A stretch of DNA of 64,000 nt from Escherichia coli (lineage in GTDB: Bacteria > Pseudomonadota > Gammaproteobacteria > Enterobacterales > Enterobacteriaceae), in the NCBI RefSeq assembly GCF_016903815.1, contig NZ_CP069973.1. One strand, given 5' to 3'. Under the pieces are notes generated by a model that was given only the letters and a program-made list of their open reading frames with translations, ran no database searches and had not been told where the DNA came from. Positions 1 through 12,982 of the stretch are shown here, piece after piece. The position numbers and the translations under genes are program-made. The first letter of the stretch is position 1. Each line of letters begins with the position of its first letter.

Positions 1-248
1 ATCACAAAGCTGTTAAGCAACATCCGCCAGAAAGGCGCACTATTCGTGCCTACCCCGTTCACCCAGATGTTGTGGATGTTTTCCAGCAGATGTGGGCCGG
101 GGATGAGCGTCATCGGCGTGGCGTAGACGGCCTGTTTATCCAGCGTCGCCGCGACAAACGCCACGTACAGCGGGAAGAGGATCACCGCGATCCCGAGGAT
201 CAGCATGGTATGGCTGAATATTGTCAGCCACGGACGGTTCTCAATCAT
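1..248 (-). CDS. ugpE: sn-glycerol-3-phosphate ABC transporter permease UgpE, N-terminal part (gene continues beyond window start)
   Basis: Minus-strand ATG at 246-248 overlapping ugpA stop; translation [31 protein letters not shown]... read directly from sequence; synteny with ugpA/ugpB. Confidence 0.85.
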
Positions 249-1132
249 TGGTAACGCACCTTGCTTTCAACATAGCGGAACTGCACCACCGTCAGCACGA
301 TGACGAGGAACATCAACACTACCGACTGCGCGGCAGACGAAGCCAGATCCAGTCCGGTAAAGCCTTCGCGGTAGATCTTATAAATCAGCGTCGTGGTGGC
401 CTGAACCGGCCCGCCGGACGTGGCGGCGTCGATCACCGGGAAGGTGTCGAAGAAGGCGTATACCAGGTTCACCACCAGCAGGAAGAAACTCACCGGAGCG
501 ATAAGCGGCAGCGCAATCTTAAAGAAGCGGCGAATCGGCCCTGCACCGTCGATGGCTGCGGCTTCGATCAACGAACGGGGAATGGATTGCAGCGCAGCAT
601 AGAAGAACAGGAAGTTGTAGCTAATTTGCTTCCACACCGAGGCAAACACCACCAGGAACATCGCCTGACCGCTGTTTTGTGCGTGGTTCCAGTCATAGCC
701 GAACTCAGCGAGAAAATGGGTGATCAGCCCGCGACCGGGGTTAAACAGGAAGATCCATAATACGGCGGCAACGGCGGGAGCCACAGCATACGGTAGCAGC
801 ATTAAGGTTTGATAGAAACGGCTGCCGCGCACGATGTACTCCACCAGCGCTGCGAAGAACAGCGATACCAGCAAACCGCTGACGGTGACAAAGGTGCTGA
901 ATTTTATCGTCGTCCAGAAGGAGTCGAGATAGTAGCTGTCATGAAACAACGTGACGAAGTTATCCAGGCCGACAAACTGGCTGGAGAAACCAAACGGATC
1001 GACGCTTTGTAGCGAGTACCACAACGCTTCGCCCGCAGGCCAGATAAAAAAGATAACGGTGATGATGAGCTGCGGCGCGACCAGCAAATAAGGCAGCCAG
1101 CGCGAGCGAAACACCGGACGGGATGATGACAT
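245..1132 (-). CDS. ugpA: sn-glycerol-3-phosphate ABC transporter permease UgpA
   Basis: 295-aa track ORF; polytopic permease sequence; position between ugpB and ugpE. Confidence 0.93.
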
Positions 1133-1152
1133 TACGGTTAATTCCTGAACTG

Positions 1153-1222
1153 TGCCGGATGCGCTTCGCTTATCCGGCCTACACGCGATGCCAGGTCAGA
1201 TAAGCGAAACGCATCCGACATT
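1153..1222. repeat. REP-like palindromic units in ugpB-ugpA intergenic spacer
   Basis: gccggatgcg...cttatccggcctaca motif typical of enterobacterial REP elements. Confidence 0.55.
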
Positions 1223-1229
1223 ACACTGA

Positions 1230-2546
1230 TTAAGACTTCGTCGATTTCTCAAAGCGGCGCAGCAACTGATTTCCACGCTCAACGGCGGTATCCAGCGCCT
1301 GCTGTGGCGTCTTCTTACCGGTCCACACGCTCTCCAGCTCTTCATCCACAATCACGCGGATTTGCGGCATGTTGCCCAGACGCAGCCCTTTGGTGAACGG
1401 CAACGGCGGCTTGTTCAGCATCTGACGCGTCGCGGTATCCGCCCCTGGGTTTTTCTCATAAAAGCCCTGCTCACGCGTCAGGTCATAGGCCGCTTTGGTG
1501 ATTGGCAGATAACCGGTTTTCTGATGCCACTCAGCAGCGTTTTCTGGTTTCGCGAGGAAGTCGAGGAACTTCGCCACACCCGTATAAGTTTCTTTATCTT
1601 TGCCTTGCATCACCCACAGGCTGGCTCCACCGATAATGGCATTTTGCGGTGCATCTTTCGCATCGGCGTCGTAAGGCATCATGCCTACGCCGTAGTTAAA
1701 TTTGGCGTACTCGCGAATGTTGGCAAGAGAACCGGAAGAGGCAGTGGTCATCGCGCAATCACCGTTATAGAACTTCTCAGTGGATTCATCCTTACGCCCG
1801 ACGTAGCTGAAATCGCCCTTCTTGTTCATCTCTTCGAGCATAGTGATGTGTTTCACCTGCTCCGGCTTGTTGAACTCCAGCACCGCGTCTGTGCCGTCAA
1901 AGCCGTTGTTTTTGCTGGCAAACGGCAGACCGTTCCAGGCGCTAAAGTTTTCCAGTTGGATCCAGCCCTGCCAGCCGCTGGCGTAGCCGCACTTCATACC
2001 GGAGGCTTTCAGTTTCGCGGCATAGTCCGCCAGATCCTGCCAGGTTTTCGGCGGCTGTTCCGGGTCTAAACCGGCTTTCTTGAAGGCGTCTTTGTTGTAA
2101 TAGAGAACGGGAGTCGAGCTGTTGAACGGCTGGGAGAGTAAGTGGCCGGTTTTGCTGTCGGAGTAGTAACCTGAAACCGTCGGCACAAACTGCGACTCAT
2201 CGAACTGAATCCCCGCCTCTTTAAACACGTCATATACTGGTTTAATGGCTTTCGACGCCATCATGGTGGCGGTGCCAACTTCATAAACCTGCAAAATAGC
2301 AGGCGCGTTGCCGGTACGAAATGCGGCAATCCCCGCGCTTAAATTCTGTTCGTAGTTGCCTTTATAGGTCGGTACAATTTTGTAATCCGGGTTTTCGGCG
2401 TTAAAACGTTGGGCCAGAGAATCCACCTCTTTACCCAGTTCCCCTTCCATAGAATGCCAGAACGGAATGGTCGTCACTGCCTGTGCATTCCCCATTAACG
2501 CCAGTCCGAGCGCCAGTGCTGAAGCTGTATAATGTAACGGTTTCAT
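1230..2546 (-). CDS. ugpB: periplasmic sn-glycerol-3-phosphate binding protein UgpB
   Basis: 438-aa track ORF with N-terminal signal peptide; recognised UgpB sequence. Confidence 0.95.
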   Translation of the reverse strand: MKPLHYTASALALGLALMGNAQAVTTIPFWHSMEGELGKEVDSLAQRFNAENPDYKIVPTYKGNYEQNLSAGIAAFRTGNAPAILQVYEVGTATMMASKAIKPVYDVFKEAGIQFDESQFVPTVSGYYSDSKTGHLLSQPFNSSTPVLYYNKDAFKKAGLDPEQPPKTWQDLADYAAKLKASGMKCGYASGWQGWIQLENFSAWNGLPFASKNNGFDGTDAVLEFNKPEQVKHITMLEEMNKKGDFSYVGRKDESTEKFYNGDCAMTTASSGSLANIREYAKFNYGVGMMPYDADAKDAPQNAIIGGASLWVMQGKDKETYTGVAKFLDFLAKPENAAEWHQKTGYLPITKAAYDLTREQGFYEKNPGADTATRQMLNKPPLPFTKGLRLGNMPQIRVIVDEELESVWTGKKTPQQALDTAVERGNQLLRRFEKSTKS

Positions 2547-2783
2547 CGTTTATCTCTCTTGTTGTACCGAATGCGCGAATTCACGCGTTTTATGCTCGCG
2601 GGGTAACATGACATGCTCGAATTACAGAAAAATAACTTTTTTGTTACATTTGTAAGATAGTAAGGTGTCAGAAAGATGACAAGGCGGTGACGGTACGGGT
2701 GAGGGAAAATGGGAGATGGGGCACGGATAAGCGGGAAAAATAGAAGGTCTGAATCAAACTCTACAGATTGCTCATCGTTTCAT

Positions 2784-2882
<99 letters not shown>

Positions 2883-2943
2883 AATTTTACATTTGTAACC
2901 TGTCTCAAAGGAGTCTTTTGACTCCTTATCAATCAACGTGTTA

Positions 2944-3657
2944 TTACCCGCCTAAATACGCACTTCTCACCGCTTCGTTTGCCAGCAGCGCATCGCCGGT
3001 ATCGGAGAGCACCACATGACCGTTTTCCAGCACGTAGCCGCGATCAGCGAGCTTTAGCGCCTGGTTGGCGTTCTGCTCGACGAGGAAGATGGTCATCCCC
3101 TGCTCGCGCAGTTGTTCGATGGTGTCGAAAATTTGCTGGATGATAATCGGTGCCAGCCCGAGCGATGGCTCATCAAGCAGTAGCAAACGCGGGTTACTCA
3201 TCAAAGCGCGACCAATCGCCAGCATCTGCTGTTCACCGCCAGACATAGTGCCCGCTCGCTGAACACGGCGCTCATGGAGACGCGGAAACAGTTCATAGAC
3301 CCACTTTATGCGCTCCTGGAACTGGTCGCGTTCGGCAAAAAAGCCGCCCATCGCCAGGTTCTCTTCCACCGTCATCCGCGAGAAAACACGACGCCCTTCC
3401 GGGACAATCGCCACCGCTTCGCGCATGATTTTCGCCGTCTGCCAGTCGGTAATGTCTTTATCATCAAACACAATTCGCCCGCCGGTGGCGCGCGGGTCGC
3501 CGCATAATGTGCCGAGCAAGGTGGTTTTCCCCGCGCCGTTCGCGCCAATGAGGGTGACAATCTCGCCCTCATTGATATGCAGGCTCACCTCATGCAGCGC
3601 CTGGATTTTGCCGTAGTGGGCGCTGACTTTGTCAAAGGACAACATGACTTTTTCCAT
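2944..3657 (-). CDS. livF: branched-chain amino acid ABC transporter ATPase LivF
   Basis: Track ORF 2944..3669; start trimmed to MEKVMLSFDKV (237 aa); Walker A GANGAGKTT. Confidence 0.93.
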   Translation of the reverse strand: MEKVMLSFDKVSAHYGKIQALHEVSLHINEGEIVTLIGANGAGKTTLLGTLCGDPRATGGRIVFDDKDITDWQTAKIMREAVAIVPEGRRVFSRMTVEENLAMGGFFAERDQFQERIKWVYELFPRLHERRVQRAGTMSGGEQQMLAIGRALMSNPRLLLLDEPSLGLAPIIIQQIFDTIEQLREQGMTIFLVEQNANQALKLADRGYVLENGHVVLSDTGDALLANEAVRSAYLGG

Positions 3658-3658
3658 C

Positions 3659-4426
3659 TTATGCCTCACCTAAATAGGCACGGATCACGTCCGGGTTATT
3701 ACGGATCTGCTCCGGCGTACCGTTTGCCAGCGGCGTCCCCTGGTTGACCACGTAAATTCGGTCTGAAATCCCCATCACCAGCTTCATATCGTGTTCAATC
3801 AACAAGATAGTGGTGTTGTGATGGTTACGCAGTTCGGCAATCAGCTCATCCAGCTCTTTCGTCTCTTTTGGGTTAAGACCCGCCGCCGGTTCATCGAGCA
3901 TTAAAATCTCCGGCTGCGTCACCATACAGCGGGCAATCTCCAGACGGCGCTGGTCACCATAGGCCAGGTTACTCGCCTGACGGTTGGCGTGTTCCAGCAA
4001 ACCAATGCGCTCAAGCCAGGTGGCGGCGCGGTCGAGTGCTTCACTCTGGGCGCGACGGAAAGAGGGGGTTTTCAACAGGCCGGAGAACAGCCCGGTTTTC
4101 AGTTGCTGATGCTGCGCCACCAGCAGGTTTTCAATCACCGTCATTTCACGGAACAGACGCACATGCTGGAAGGTGCGCACCACGCCCATGCGGGCGATTT
4201 GCTGCCCCGGTAAACCTTCCAGGTGCTGATCGCGCAGTAAAATGGTACCGCCGGTGGGTTTGTAGAATCCGGTCAGGCAGTTGAAGACCGTGGTTTTTCC
4301 GGCACCGTTAGGGCCGATTAACGAGACGATCTCCTGCGGGTACAATTCGAGATTGACGTTGTTCACCGCCAGCAGGCCGCCGAAGCGCATCATCAGGCCG
4401 TTAACGGATAATAATGGCTGACTCAT
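3659..4426 (-). CDS. livG: branched-chain amino acid ABC transporter ATPase LivG
   Basis: 255-aa track ORF; Walker [10 protein letters not shown]; liv operon synteny. Confidence 0.95.
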   Translation of the reverse strand: MSQPLLSVNGLMMRFGGLLAVNNVNLELYPQEIVSLIGPNGAGKTTVFNCLTGFYKPTGGTILLRDQHLEGLPGQQIARMGVVRTFQHVRLFREMTVIENLLVAQHQQLKTGLFSGLLKTPSFRRAQSEALDRAATWLERIGLLEHANRQASNLAYGDQRRLEIARCMVTQPEILMLDEPAAGLNPKETKELDELIAELRNHHNTTILLIEHDMKLVMGISDRIYVVNQGTPLANGTPEQIRNNPDVIRAYLGEA

Positions 4427-5700
4427 GCCTGCTCTCCTTTCGCTGCGCCGTTTTTCAGCTTCAGTTGCGGGCGCGTCATGGGCAGCAAGCCCTGCGGACG
4501 CCAGATCATCATCAGCACCATCAAACCACCGAGCATTAACATGCTGTATTCGTTGAAATCACGCATCAACTCGCGCGATACCACCAGCAGAACAGCCGCC
4601 AGAATCACTGCAAATTGCGAGCCCATACCGCCGAGCACCACTATCGCCAGTACAAAGGCTGATTCAGCAAAGGTGAAGGATTCCGGGCTGACAAAGCCCT
4701 GACGCGCAGCAAACAGCGTTCCGGCAAAACCGGCAAACGCAGCGCTGATGGTAAAGGCAGTCAGCTTGATACGACGCGGGCTTAAGCCCAGCGAACGACA
4801 AGCGATTTCATCTTCACGCAACGCTTCCCACGCACGCCCCAGCGGCATCCGCAGCAGGCGGTTAATGACAAACAGGCTTAACACCACTAGCAGCAACGCC
4901 ACCAGGTACAGGAAGATAACGCGATCGGAGGGATCGTATTTCAGGCCAAAGAAATTACTGAACGTGTCCCAGCCGCCTTCACGGGCGGTACGGCTGAACT
5001 CGAGTCCGAAGAGCGTCGGTTTCGGGATCTGACTGATACCGTTCGGTCCGCCGGTAATTTCGGTGTTATTGAGCAGCAATATGCGCACAATTTCGCCGAA
5101 ACCGAGGGTAACGATCGCCAGATAGTCACCGCGCAGACGCAACACCGGGAAGCCGAGCAGGAAGCCCGCCGCCGCCGCCATCAACCCGGCAATCGGCAGA
5201 CAGGTCCAGAAGCCCAGACCGTAATAGTGATTGAGCAGCGCAAAAGTGTAAGCGCCGATGGCGTAAAAGCCGCCGTATCCCAGCACCAGCAGACCAGAAA
5301 GACCTACCACCACGTTCAGCCCGAGACCGAGAATAATGTAGATCATGGTCAGGGTGGCGATATCCACCGTCCCACGTGAAACCATAAACGGCCACGCCAC
5401 CGCAAGCACCAGCAGCGCCACGAGAAACAGCTTTTGCTTCACCGTGGAGCCATCAATCGCTGGCAGAATAAACTTCGGCCCGGAAACGCTTTTTAGCCCT
5501 TTCTGGAAAGCCGGTCGCAAAAGCTGGAAGAAAAAGACCACCGCCGTGCCGATAAACACCCATTCCCAACGGACGTCTGAAGCGCTATCGACCACCAGTT
5601 TGGTGCCATCCAGCTCGAGTTGCACGCCCATAAAGACGCCCGCCAGCACAAAGAACATCACAGCAGAGAGCAGCGCCATTGCAATATGCATCGGTTTCAT
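4423..5700 (-). CDS. livM: branched-chain amino acid ABC transporter permease LivM
   Basis: 425-aa track ORF, membrane protein, 4-nt overlap with livG and livH. Confidence 0.95.
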   Translation of the reverse strand: MKPMHIAMALLSAVMFFVLAGVFMGVQLELDGTKLVVDSASDVRWEWVFIGTAVVFFFQLLRPAFQKGLKSVSGPKFILPAIDGSTVKQKLFLVALLVLAVAWPFMVSRGTVDIATLTMIYIILGLGLNVVVGLSGLLVLGYGGFYAIGAYTFALLNHYYGLGFWTCLPIAGLMAAAAGFLLGFPVLRLRGDYLAIVTLGFGEIVRILLLNNTEITGGPNGISQIPKPTLFGLEFSRTAREGGWDTFSNFFGLKYDPSDRVIFLYLVALLLVVLSLFVINRLLRMPLGRAWEALREDEIACRSLGLSPRRIKLTAFTISAAFAGFAGTLFAARQGFVSPESFTFAESAFVLAIVVLGGMGSQFAVILAAVLLVVSRELMRDFNEYSMLMLGGLMVLMMIWRPQGLLPMTRPQLKLKNGAAKGEQA

Positions 5701-6623
5701 ACTTTCTCTACCTCCGGGCGACCCAGAATACCGGTCGGCATCACCAGCAGCACCAGAATCAGCAGGGCGAATGAGACCACATCTTTATATTCCGTACTCA
5801 GATAGGCAGAAGAGAGCGCCTCCGCAATCCCCAGGATCAGGCCGCCAATCATCGCCCCCGGAATGCTGCCAATCCCACCGAGCACCGCTGCGGTAAAGGC
5901 TTTCATCCCGGCCATAAAGCCGATGTAGGGGTTAATGACGCCGTAGAACTGACCGAGCAGCACACCCGCCACCGCCGCCATCGCCGCGCCAATCACAAAG
6001 GTCAGCGCAATCACCCGATCGGTGTTGATGCCAAGCAGGCTCGCCATTTTCAGATCTTCCGCGCAGGCACGGCAGGCGCGCCCCATACGGGAATAACGAA
6101 TGAAAATCGTCAGCGCCAGCATGGCGAGGAAAGTAACAATCCATATCACCGCCTGCATGGTGGTAATAGAGGCAGAGAAGTTTTCGCTATGGCCCACCAC
6201 CCACTGACCGTTAAACAGGCTGGGCAGCGCCACGTCGCGCGAACCTTCGGTCAGGCTAACGTAGTTTTGCAGGAAGATAGACATGCCGATTGCGGAAATA
6301 AGCGCAATCAGGCGCTTAGAGTTACGCACCGGGCGGTAAGCCACCCGTTCGATACTCCAGCCGTAGGCGCTGGCAATGACGATTGCGCCGACGAATCCCG
6401 CCGCCACCAGCAACCAGCCGGTATCAATGCCCAGCATCATCAGTGCAGCGATGATCATAAAGGAGACGTAGCTGCCAATCATGTAAACCTCGCCGTGGGC
6501 GAAGTTGATCATGCCGATAATGCCGTAAACCATGGTGTAGCCGATGGCTATCAGCGCGTAGGTACTGCCCAGCGTGACGCCGTTAAACATCTGCTGCAAG
6601 AAATACAAAAACTGCTCAGACAT
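5697..6623 (-). CDS. livH: branched-chain amino acid ABC transporter permease LivH
   Basis: 308-aa track ORF, membrane protein. Confidence 0.95.
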   Translation of the reverse strand: MSEQFLYFLQQMFNGVTLGSTYALIAIGYTMVYGIIGMINFAHGEVYMIGSYVSFMIIAALMMLGIDTGWLLVAAGFVGAIVIASAYGWSIERVAYRPVRNSKRLIALISAIGMSIFLQNYVSLTEGSRDVALPSLFNGQWVVGHSENFSASITTMQAVIWIVTFLAMLALTIFIRYSRMGRACRACAEDLKMASLLGINTDRVIALTFVIGAAMAAVAGVLLGQFYGVINPYIGFMAGMKAFTAAVLGGIGSIPGAMIGGLILGIAEALSSAYLSTEYKDVVSFALLILVLLVMPTGILGRPEVEKV

Positions 6624-6670
6624 AAGGTAACCTTTCTAAACCCGCCCGTTTTTCACGGGCGGTGGGATGA

Positions 6671-7780
6671 TCACTTGGCTGCCGTGGATGAACCGTCGGC
6701 GTGCCACTGGAAGACACCAAAATCAAATCCCTTAAGATCGCCTTTTTCATCCCAGTTCAGCGGCCCAATCACGGTGTTTGCACCGTTAGCTTTTAAATCT
6801 TTCACCAGCGCCAGCGGCTCATCGCTGCCGGTACGCTCAAGGGCTGTTGCCAGAGATTGCACCGCCGCGTAAGTGATCCAGACATATGGCCCGGACGGAT
6901 CTTTCTTGTCTGCTTTCAGCGCATCAACGATGCCCTGATTTGCCGGATCCTGGTCATAGCGTTTTGGCATAGTGACCAACATGCCTTCGGCAGCATCGCC
7001 AGCAATATTCGACAACGACGCATTACCCACACCTTCCGGCCCCATAAACTGGGTTTTCAGGCCAACGGAACGGGCCTGGCGCAGCATCTGCCCCATTTCC
7101 GGGTAGTAACCGCCGTAGTAAACGAAGTCGATATTTTCTTTTTTCAGGCGGGCGATCAGCGCGGAGAAATCTTTCTCACCCGCGGTAATACCGTCGAAGA
7201 AGACAACGTTGGCGTTAGCCGCTTTCAGCCCGTCCTGCACCGAACGTGCCAGCCCTTCGCCATACTGTTGTTTGTCGTGAATGATGGCGATGCGCTGGGG
7301 CTTCACCGTCTCAAGAATGTATTTTGCCGCCGTTGGCCCCTGGGAAGAGTCCAGCCCGGCAGTGCGCATGATGTGTTGATAACCGCGTTGGGTCAGCTCC
7401 GGGTTGGTCGCTCCCGGCGAGATCATCAGAATACCTTCGTCTTCGTAGATATCTGATGCAGGTTGGGTAGAGGAGGAACACAAGTGCCCAATAACGTATT
7501 TAATGCCGTCGTTAACGATTTTGTTGGCGACCGCAACGGCTTGTTTCGGGTCGCAGGCGTCGTCATATTCCACGCCAACCAGCTTATCGCCTTTAATTCC
7601 CCCTTTGGCATTAATGTCTTTAATCGCCTGACGCGCGCCGTTAAATTCCATATCGCCCCACTGGGCAATCGGGCCGGACATCGCGCCGACAACGGCGACT
7701 TTAATATCGTCAGCCATAGCGGTGTGTGAAATTGCCAGTGCAATCATCCCTGCGATGATAGGTTTCGCATTCCGTTTCAT
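6671..7780 (-). CDS. livK: leucine-specific periplasmic binding protein LivK
   Basis: Track ORF 6671..7834 trimmed to MKRNAK... (369 aa) with signal peptide; paralog of livJ product. Confidence 0.9.
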   Translation of the reverse strand: MKRNAKPIIAGMIALAISHTAMADDIKVAVVGAMSGPIAQWGDMEFNGARQAIKDINAKGGIKGDKLVGVEYDDACDPKQAVAVANKIVNDGIKYVIGHLCSSSTQPASDIYEDEGILMISPGATNPELTQRGYQHIMRTAGLDSSQGPTAAKYILETVKPQRIAIIHDKQQYGEGLARSVQDGLKAANANVVFFDGITAGEKDFSALIARLKKENIDFVYYGGYYPEMGQMLRQARSVGLKTQFMGPEGVGNASLSNIAGDAAEGMLVTMPKRYDQDPANQGIVDALKADKKDPSGPYVWITYAAVQSLATALERTGSDEPLALVKDLKANGANTVIGPLNWDEKGDLKGFDFGVFQWHADGSSTAAK

Positions 7781-8203
7781 AGTCAAAAATCCCCATTCGT
7801 GATGTTGTGTTGCTTTGTTTTTATGTGTTAACAAATCAGACTGTTCTTTTTTTATACTGCACTGTTTTTGCCTGTCTGATTAAGGGTTTAGCGCAGTATT
7901 TTGTGATAATAGCGATTAAAATCCCTATTTTTCAGTCGATTAAGAACAGATAATATTCTGCATTTATTGATAGATAAACAGAAAAAAGTGCCGTTGTCAG
8001 CATAAAATAACGGCACAAAGGGCGGAATAGTTCACTACCATTCAGGGGATTATGCTGGGTATTTTTCATTCTCTAATGTTTTAACTTTGTAATTATTGCT
8101 GTTAAAAAATTAATCACCTGCCAAAAGAAATAAAAAAGAGAAAGCCTCCGATTAAATTATTTCGCTACACTGGTTCCACTTTTGTGATTTACACGGGTTC
8201 CCC

Positions 8204-8587
8204 ATGAAGCTGACCATCATTCGATTAGAAAACTTTAGCGACCAGGACCGGATTGACCTGCAAAAGATCTGGCCGGAGTATTCCCCTTCCTCTTTACAGG
8301 TTGACGATAACCACCGTATCTACGCCGCGCGTTTTAACGAGCGCCTTCTCGCGGCCGTGCGGGTAACCTTAAGCGGCACGGAGGGCGCACTGGATTCCCT
8401 GCGCGTGCGGGAAGTCACCCGCCGTCGCGGTGTGGGGCAATATCTGCTGGAAGAGGTTTTGCGTAACAATCCTGGCGTTTCATGCTGGTGGATGGCGGAT
8501 GCAGGCATGGAAGATCGCGGCGTGATGACAGCGTTTATGCAGGCTCTGGGATTTACGGCACAACAGGGCGGCTGGGAGAAGCGTTAA
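8204..8587 (+). CDS. panM: PanD maturation factor PanM/PanZ (GNAT-like)
   Basis: 127-aa track ORF recognised as YhhK/PanM; located between livK and livJ. Confidence 0.8.
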   Translation: MKLTIIRLENFSDQDRIDLQKIWPEYSPSSLQVDDNHRIYAARFNERLLAAVRVTLSGTEGALDSLRVREVTRRRGVGQYLLEEVLRNNPGVSCWWMADAGMEDRGVMTAFMQALGFTAQQGGWEKR

Positions 8588-8628
8588 TCGTCAAGTTTGA
8601 TTTCAAAAGTGACGACCAACGAGAAATT

Positions 8629-8728
<100 letters not shown>

Positions 8729-8786
8729 TGAAGCAACGTACTCGATATTAGCAATTTGGCGGCAACCCAAAGTTGCCGATTAATGA

Positions 8787-9890
8787 TTACTTCGCATCGG
8801 TCGCCGTGCCGTTGGCGTGCCAGTCAAATACGCCGAACTCAAAGCCTTTCAGATCGCCTTTCTCATCCCAGGTCAGCGGCCCCATCACCGTATCCACGGA
8901 GTTCGCTTTCAGGTATTTGGCGATTTCAGCCGGATCGTCAGACTGATTCAGACCCGCCTGCAAAGATTGCAGCGCGGCGTAGGTGGTCCAGACGAATGCG
9001 CCGCTTGGGTCCTGTTTTTTCGCTTTGATCGCATCAACAATGGGTTTGTTCGCCGGAACCTGATCGTAGTTCTTCGGCTTGGTCACCAGCAGTCCTTCCG
9101 CTGATTCACCCGCAATGTTAGACAGCGAGACGTTAGCCACGCCTTCCGGCCCCATAAACTGAGTTTTCAGCCCTGCCGCGCGTGCCTGACGCAGGATTTG
9201 CCCCATTTCCGGGTGATAACCGCCGTAGTAAACGAAGTCGATATTCTCTTTTTTCAGACGCGCCACCAGCGTTGAGAAATCTTTTTCCCCAGCGGTGATA
9301 CCATCAAAGAACACCACGTTAGCATTGCCTTTCTTCAGGCCGTCCTGCACCGCACGCGCCAGACCTTCGCCGTACTGCTGTTTGTCGTGGACGATAGCAA
9401 TACGCTGCGGTTTCACTTTCTCAAGAATATATTTCGCCGCCGTCGGCCCCTGGTCGGAGTCCAGGCCGGTAGTGCGCAGGATCAGCTGATAGCCACGGGC
9501 GGTCAGCTCCGGCGCGGTTGCCGCTGGGGTGATCATTAAAATGCCTTCATCTTCATAGATGTCTGACGCTGGCTGCGTTGATGAAGAACAGAGGTGACCA
9601 ATCACATATTTAATGCCGTCGTTAACGACTTTGTTCGCCACCGCAACCGCCTGTTTCGGGTCACAGGCATCGTCATATTTTACGATTTGCAGTTTGTTGC
9701 CTTTAATGCCGCCTTTAGCATTGATATCCGCTACTGCCTGCTCTGCGCCAGTGAACTCCTGGTCACCGTACTGGGCCACCGGACCAGACATCGCGCCCAC
9801 GACCGCGACTTTAATATCTTCTGCCAGAGCCATATTGCTGAATGCCAGCGCGATACATCCTGCCAGTAACGCTTTACCCTTTATATTCAT
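8787..9890 (-). CDS. livJ: Leu/Ile/Val periplasmic binding protein LivJ
   Basis: Track ORF 8787..9947 trimmed to [23 protein letters not shown]... (367 aa). Confidence 0.9.
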   Translation of the reverse strand: MNIKGKALLAGCIALAFSNMALAEDIKVAVVGAMSGPVAQYGDQEFTGAEQAVADINAKGGIKGNKLQIVKYDDACDPKQAVAVANKVVNDGIKYVIGHLCSSSTQPASDIYEDEGILMITPAATAPELTARGYQLILRTTGLDSDQGPTAAKYILEKVKPQRIAIVHDKQQYGEGLARAVQDGLKKGNANVVFFDGITAGEKDFSTLVARLKKENIDFVYYGGYHPEMGQILRQARAAGLKTQFMGPEGVANVSLSNIAGESAEGLLVTKPKNYDQVPANKPIVDAIKAKKQDPSGAFVWTTYAALQSLQAGLNQSDDPAEIAKYLKANSVDTVMGPLTWDEKGDLKGFEFGVFDWHANGTATDAK

Positions 9891-10108
9891 CCTGAGAATC
9901 CCCATTCTTCTGGTTATTACGTGTGTTGTGGTGTTGTGATTCAGCACTTTATTTCGTTTTATGCATGACTACCCGTGCTTTAGCAGCATACTCTGCTAAA
10001 ACATACCCCATTTTTATGATATTGGAATAGCTATTTTGACAGTTTATTAACAATCTGCGTGGGGATTGGCGTTTTGCCGGAGGGGGAAACTGATTATTGC
10101 AGAGGTCC

Positions 10109-10142
10109 AAAAAACAAAAACCCCGGATTCTCATCCAGGGTT
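10109..10142 (-). terminator. putative intrinsic terminator downstream of rpoH
   Basis: Minus-strand hairpin (plus ccccggattctcatccagggtt) followed by T-rich run on the minus strand. Confidence 0.45.
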
Positions 10143-10161
10143 CTCTGCTGAGTAGCGGAAA

Positions 10162-11016
10162 TTACGCTTCAATGGCAGCGCGAAGTTTTTTCATCGCGTT
10201 CTTTTCCAGCTGGCGCACACGCTCAGCGGAAACACCGTAACGGTCAGCCAGTTCCTGCAACGTGGACTTGTTGTCTTCGTCCAGCCAGCGCGCGCGGATG
10301 ATATCCTGGCTACGCTCGTCCAGACCTTGCATCGCGTCGGTCAGACGGTTTGCCGCCTGCTCTTCCCAGTTATCATCTTCAATGCCGTCAGCAAAGTTAG
10401 ATGATTTATCCTGCAGATAGAGCACCGGAGCCATCGGCTGGCTATCGGAATCGTCGTCGGAAGACAGGTCAAAGGTCATGTCCTGTGCCGCCATACGCGA
10501 CTCCATCTCACGTACGTCTTTGCTGGTTACGCCCAGTTCACGGGCCACCATTTCAACTTCATCCTGGTTAAACCAGCCCAGACGCTGCTTGGTTTTACGC
10601 AGGTTGAAGAACAGTTTGCGCTGCGCTTTGGTGGTCGCAACTTTGACGATACGCCAGTTACGCAGAACGTATTCGTGGATCTCTGCTTTGATCCAGTGGA
10701 CGGCGAAGGAGACCAGGCGCACACCCACTTCCGGGTTAAAACGGCGCACTGCTTTCATCAGGCCGATGTTACCTTCCTGAATCAAATCCGCCTGTGGCAG
10801 GCCATAGCCCGCATAATTACGAGCAATATGAACAACAAACCGCAGGTGAGACAGGATCAGCGTTTTAGCTGCTTCCAGATCGCCATGGTAATGCAGCTTT
10901 TCAGCCAGCGCCCGCTCCTCGTCAGCCGACAACATCGGCCACGCGTTAGCTGCCCGGATGTAGGAATCCAGGTTGCCAACTGGGGCTAAAGCTAAACTTT
11001 GCATTTTGTCAGTCAT
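10162..11016 (-). CDS. rpoH: RNA polymerase heat-shock sigma factor sigma-32
   Basis: 284-aa track [27 protein letters not shown]... recognised as RpoH. Confidence 0.97.
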   Translation of the reverse strand: MTDKMQSLALAPVGNLDSYIRAANAWPMLSADEERALAEKLHYHGDLEAAKTLILSHLRFVVHIARNYAGYGLPQADLIQEGNIGLMKAVRRFNPEVGVRLVSFAVHWIKAEIHEYVLRNWRIVKVATTKAQRKLFFNLRKTKQRLGWFNQDEVEMVARELGVTSKDVREMESRMAAQDMTFDLSSDDDSDSQPMAPVLYLQDKSSNFADGIEDDNWEEQAANRLTDAMQGLDERSQDIIRARWLDEDNKSTLQELADRYGVSAERVRQLEKNAMKKLRAAIEA

Positions 11017-11108
11017 TCAAATCCTCTCAATCGATATCTTCTGGCGCTTCAGTGGTAGCAACAACTGTGCCAGAGCTTAAGAGCAACGAGGTTATCATTC
11101 ACTGTTTT

Positions 11109-11136
11109 ATCAGACAGTGATTTTATCCACAAGTTC
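11109..11136 (-). promoter_or_regulatory. sigma-E dependent rpoH promoter (P3-like)
   Basis: Minus strand reads gaacttgtggataaaatcactgtctgat: -35 GAACTT, 16-nt spacer, -10 TCTGA; matches remembered rpoH P3. Confidence 0.6.
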
Positions 11137-11260
11137 AATGCAACGCTGTGAATAAATTACGCACAAAATGTGACATAGAGATGAAATACCGGGAAGAGAC
11201 AACGGGGTCTCTTTCCCTGCTACGGAACCCATTGCAGGGAAAGAGTATAACACGCTTTTA

Positions 11261-12319
11261 TTATTCAGGCGTAAAGTGGCGTAAATGTTGTACCGTGGCA
11301 AGCCACGCTGCCACCCAGCCAATCATCGAGCATACCAGCAGCAACAGCAGGCATTCATCGAACGATAAGCCATTGATATCAAACTTTGTTCCGAAAACCT
11401 GTGCCACTTCCGCAACCGCCGATGACAAACGCAGTACCAGAATTTCTGACAAAATTAATGACAGCAATGCGCCAGAAAATCCCAGCAGTGCGCCACCGTA
11501 CAGGAACGGGCGCAGGATGAAACCATCCGTCGCACCAATCAGTTTCTGCACGTTAATGGAGTCACGGCGAGCAAAGATGCTCAGACGCACACTGTTGCCG
11601 ATGACGAGAAACACTGCTGCCACCATCAACACGCCGATCATCGCGGAAACGCGCCCGACCAGCCCGGTTAACGCCGCCAGACGGGCAAACCAGCTGTCAT
11701 CCATCCGCACTTCGTCAATGCCGTTGATCTGGGTGATACGATCACGCAGCGTATTCAGTGATTCTGTCCCCTGAAAATCGAGTTTCGGGATCACCACCGC
11801 CACTGCCGGAAGCGGGTTTTCTTCCAGCATATCCAGCGCACCACCAAAACCAGACCAGTTACGGAACTCGCCCAGTGCGTCTTCACGAGAAAGATAATTC
11901 ACTTTCTCTACGCCTTGCTCGGCCTGTAACTGTGCCACCACACCCGCAGCGGCGTCATCATCCAGCGTTTTTTGCAGATAAACAGTGATTTGCGGTGACG
12001 GATAATACTGCGTCGCCGCCTGGTTAACGTTTTTGTACACCATATAACAGACGCTGGGCAGCGTCAGGGAGATGGCGATAACCATCACCGTTAAAAACGT
12101 GGCGAACGGTTTACTTTTCAGATCTTGCAATGCGCCGTGGAAGGCATAGCGCACCTGTTCGTTGAAAACGTTGGTTTTGCGATTTACCGGTTTTGGCGAG
12201 GATTTCGCGCGTTTCGGTGCGTTACGACCGCCGTCGCCAGAGCCACCGACCGATTTACGGAAGCGATCCAGACGCCCGCCAAACTGCCGAATATGATTGA
12301 TTGCATCGCGCTTATTCAT
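11261..12319 (-). CDS. ftsX: cell division ABC transporter permease-like protein FtsX
   Basis: Track ORF 11261..12346 trimmed to [12 protein letters not shown]... (352 aa). Confidence 0.92.
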
Positions 12320-12980
12320 GGCCCACGCCTCCATGCAAGTGACCATCGCTCAGGGTGAGCATGCGATAGGAACGCCGCGAGATCAGGTTGATGTCGTGCG
12401 TTGCCATCAATACGGTTACCCCAACGCGGTTAAACTCTTCAAACAGACGTAAAATCCCTTCTGACAACGCGTCGTCAAGGTTACCAGTCGGTTCATCCGC
12501 CAGCAGTACCGCGGGCTTGTTCACCACCGCGCGGGCAATGCCAACACGCTGTTGTTCACCGCCGGAAAGCTGAATAGGAAAGTTCTTCGCTTTGTCCAGT
12601 AGCCCGACTTTATCCAGTGCCGCCGACACCCGGCGACGAATATCGTCACCGCTGGCACCGGCGATAATCAGCGGGATCGCCACGTTATCGTAGACAGTAC
12701 GGTCCATCAGTAGATGGTGATCCTGGAAAATCATGCCAATCTGGCGGCGCAGAAACGGAACTTCACGGTTTTTCAGACGCGTGATGTCATGGCCGCTAAA
12801 CCAGATTTTCCCGGCGCTGGGCCGCTCAATCCCACAGATCAGCTTCAGGAGGGTACTTTTCCCTGCGCCGGAATGACCGGTCAGAAACGCCATCTCACCC
12901 GGCTGCATATGGAACGTAACGCCCTGCAGCGCCTGTCTCCCACCGAGATAAGCCTTGCTGACATGTTCAAAGCGAATCAT
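12312..12980 (-). CDS. ftsE: cell division ATP-binding protein FtsE
   Basis: 222-aa track ORF, Walker [10 protein letters not shown]. Confidence 0.95.
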
Positions 12981-12982
12981 TG

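Noticed and set aside
1362-2069. 235-aa plus-strand ORF inside ugpB, and many similar antisense or out-of-frame track ORFs inside liv, fts, zntA, nik, rhsB, rbbA, prlC and gor (for example 13172..13867, 31156..31878, 42529..43131, 58213..59124, 60790..62169)
   Set aside because: They lie wholly within strongly supported genes on the other strand or frame and have biased, low-complexity composition; treated as shadow ORFs
6671-7834. Longer upstream starts offered by the track for livK, livJ, livF, ftsX, yhhS, yhhT, dcrB, nikR, yhhJ, rsmJ, prlC, rlmJ, yhiM and the HEAT-repeat ORF
   Set aside because: Internal start codons reproduce the known N-termini and protein lengths and usually have a better RBS or a stop/start overlap with the neighbour
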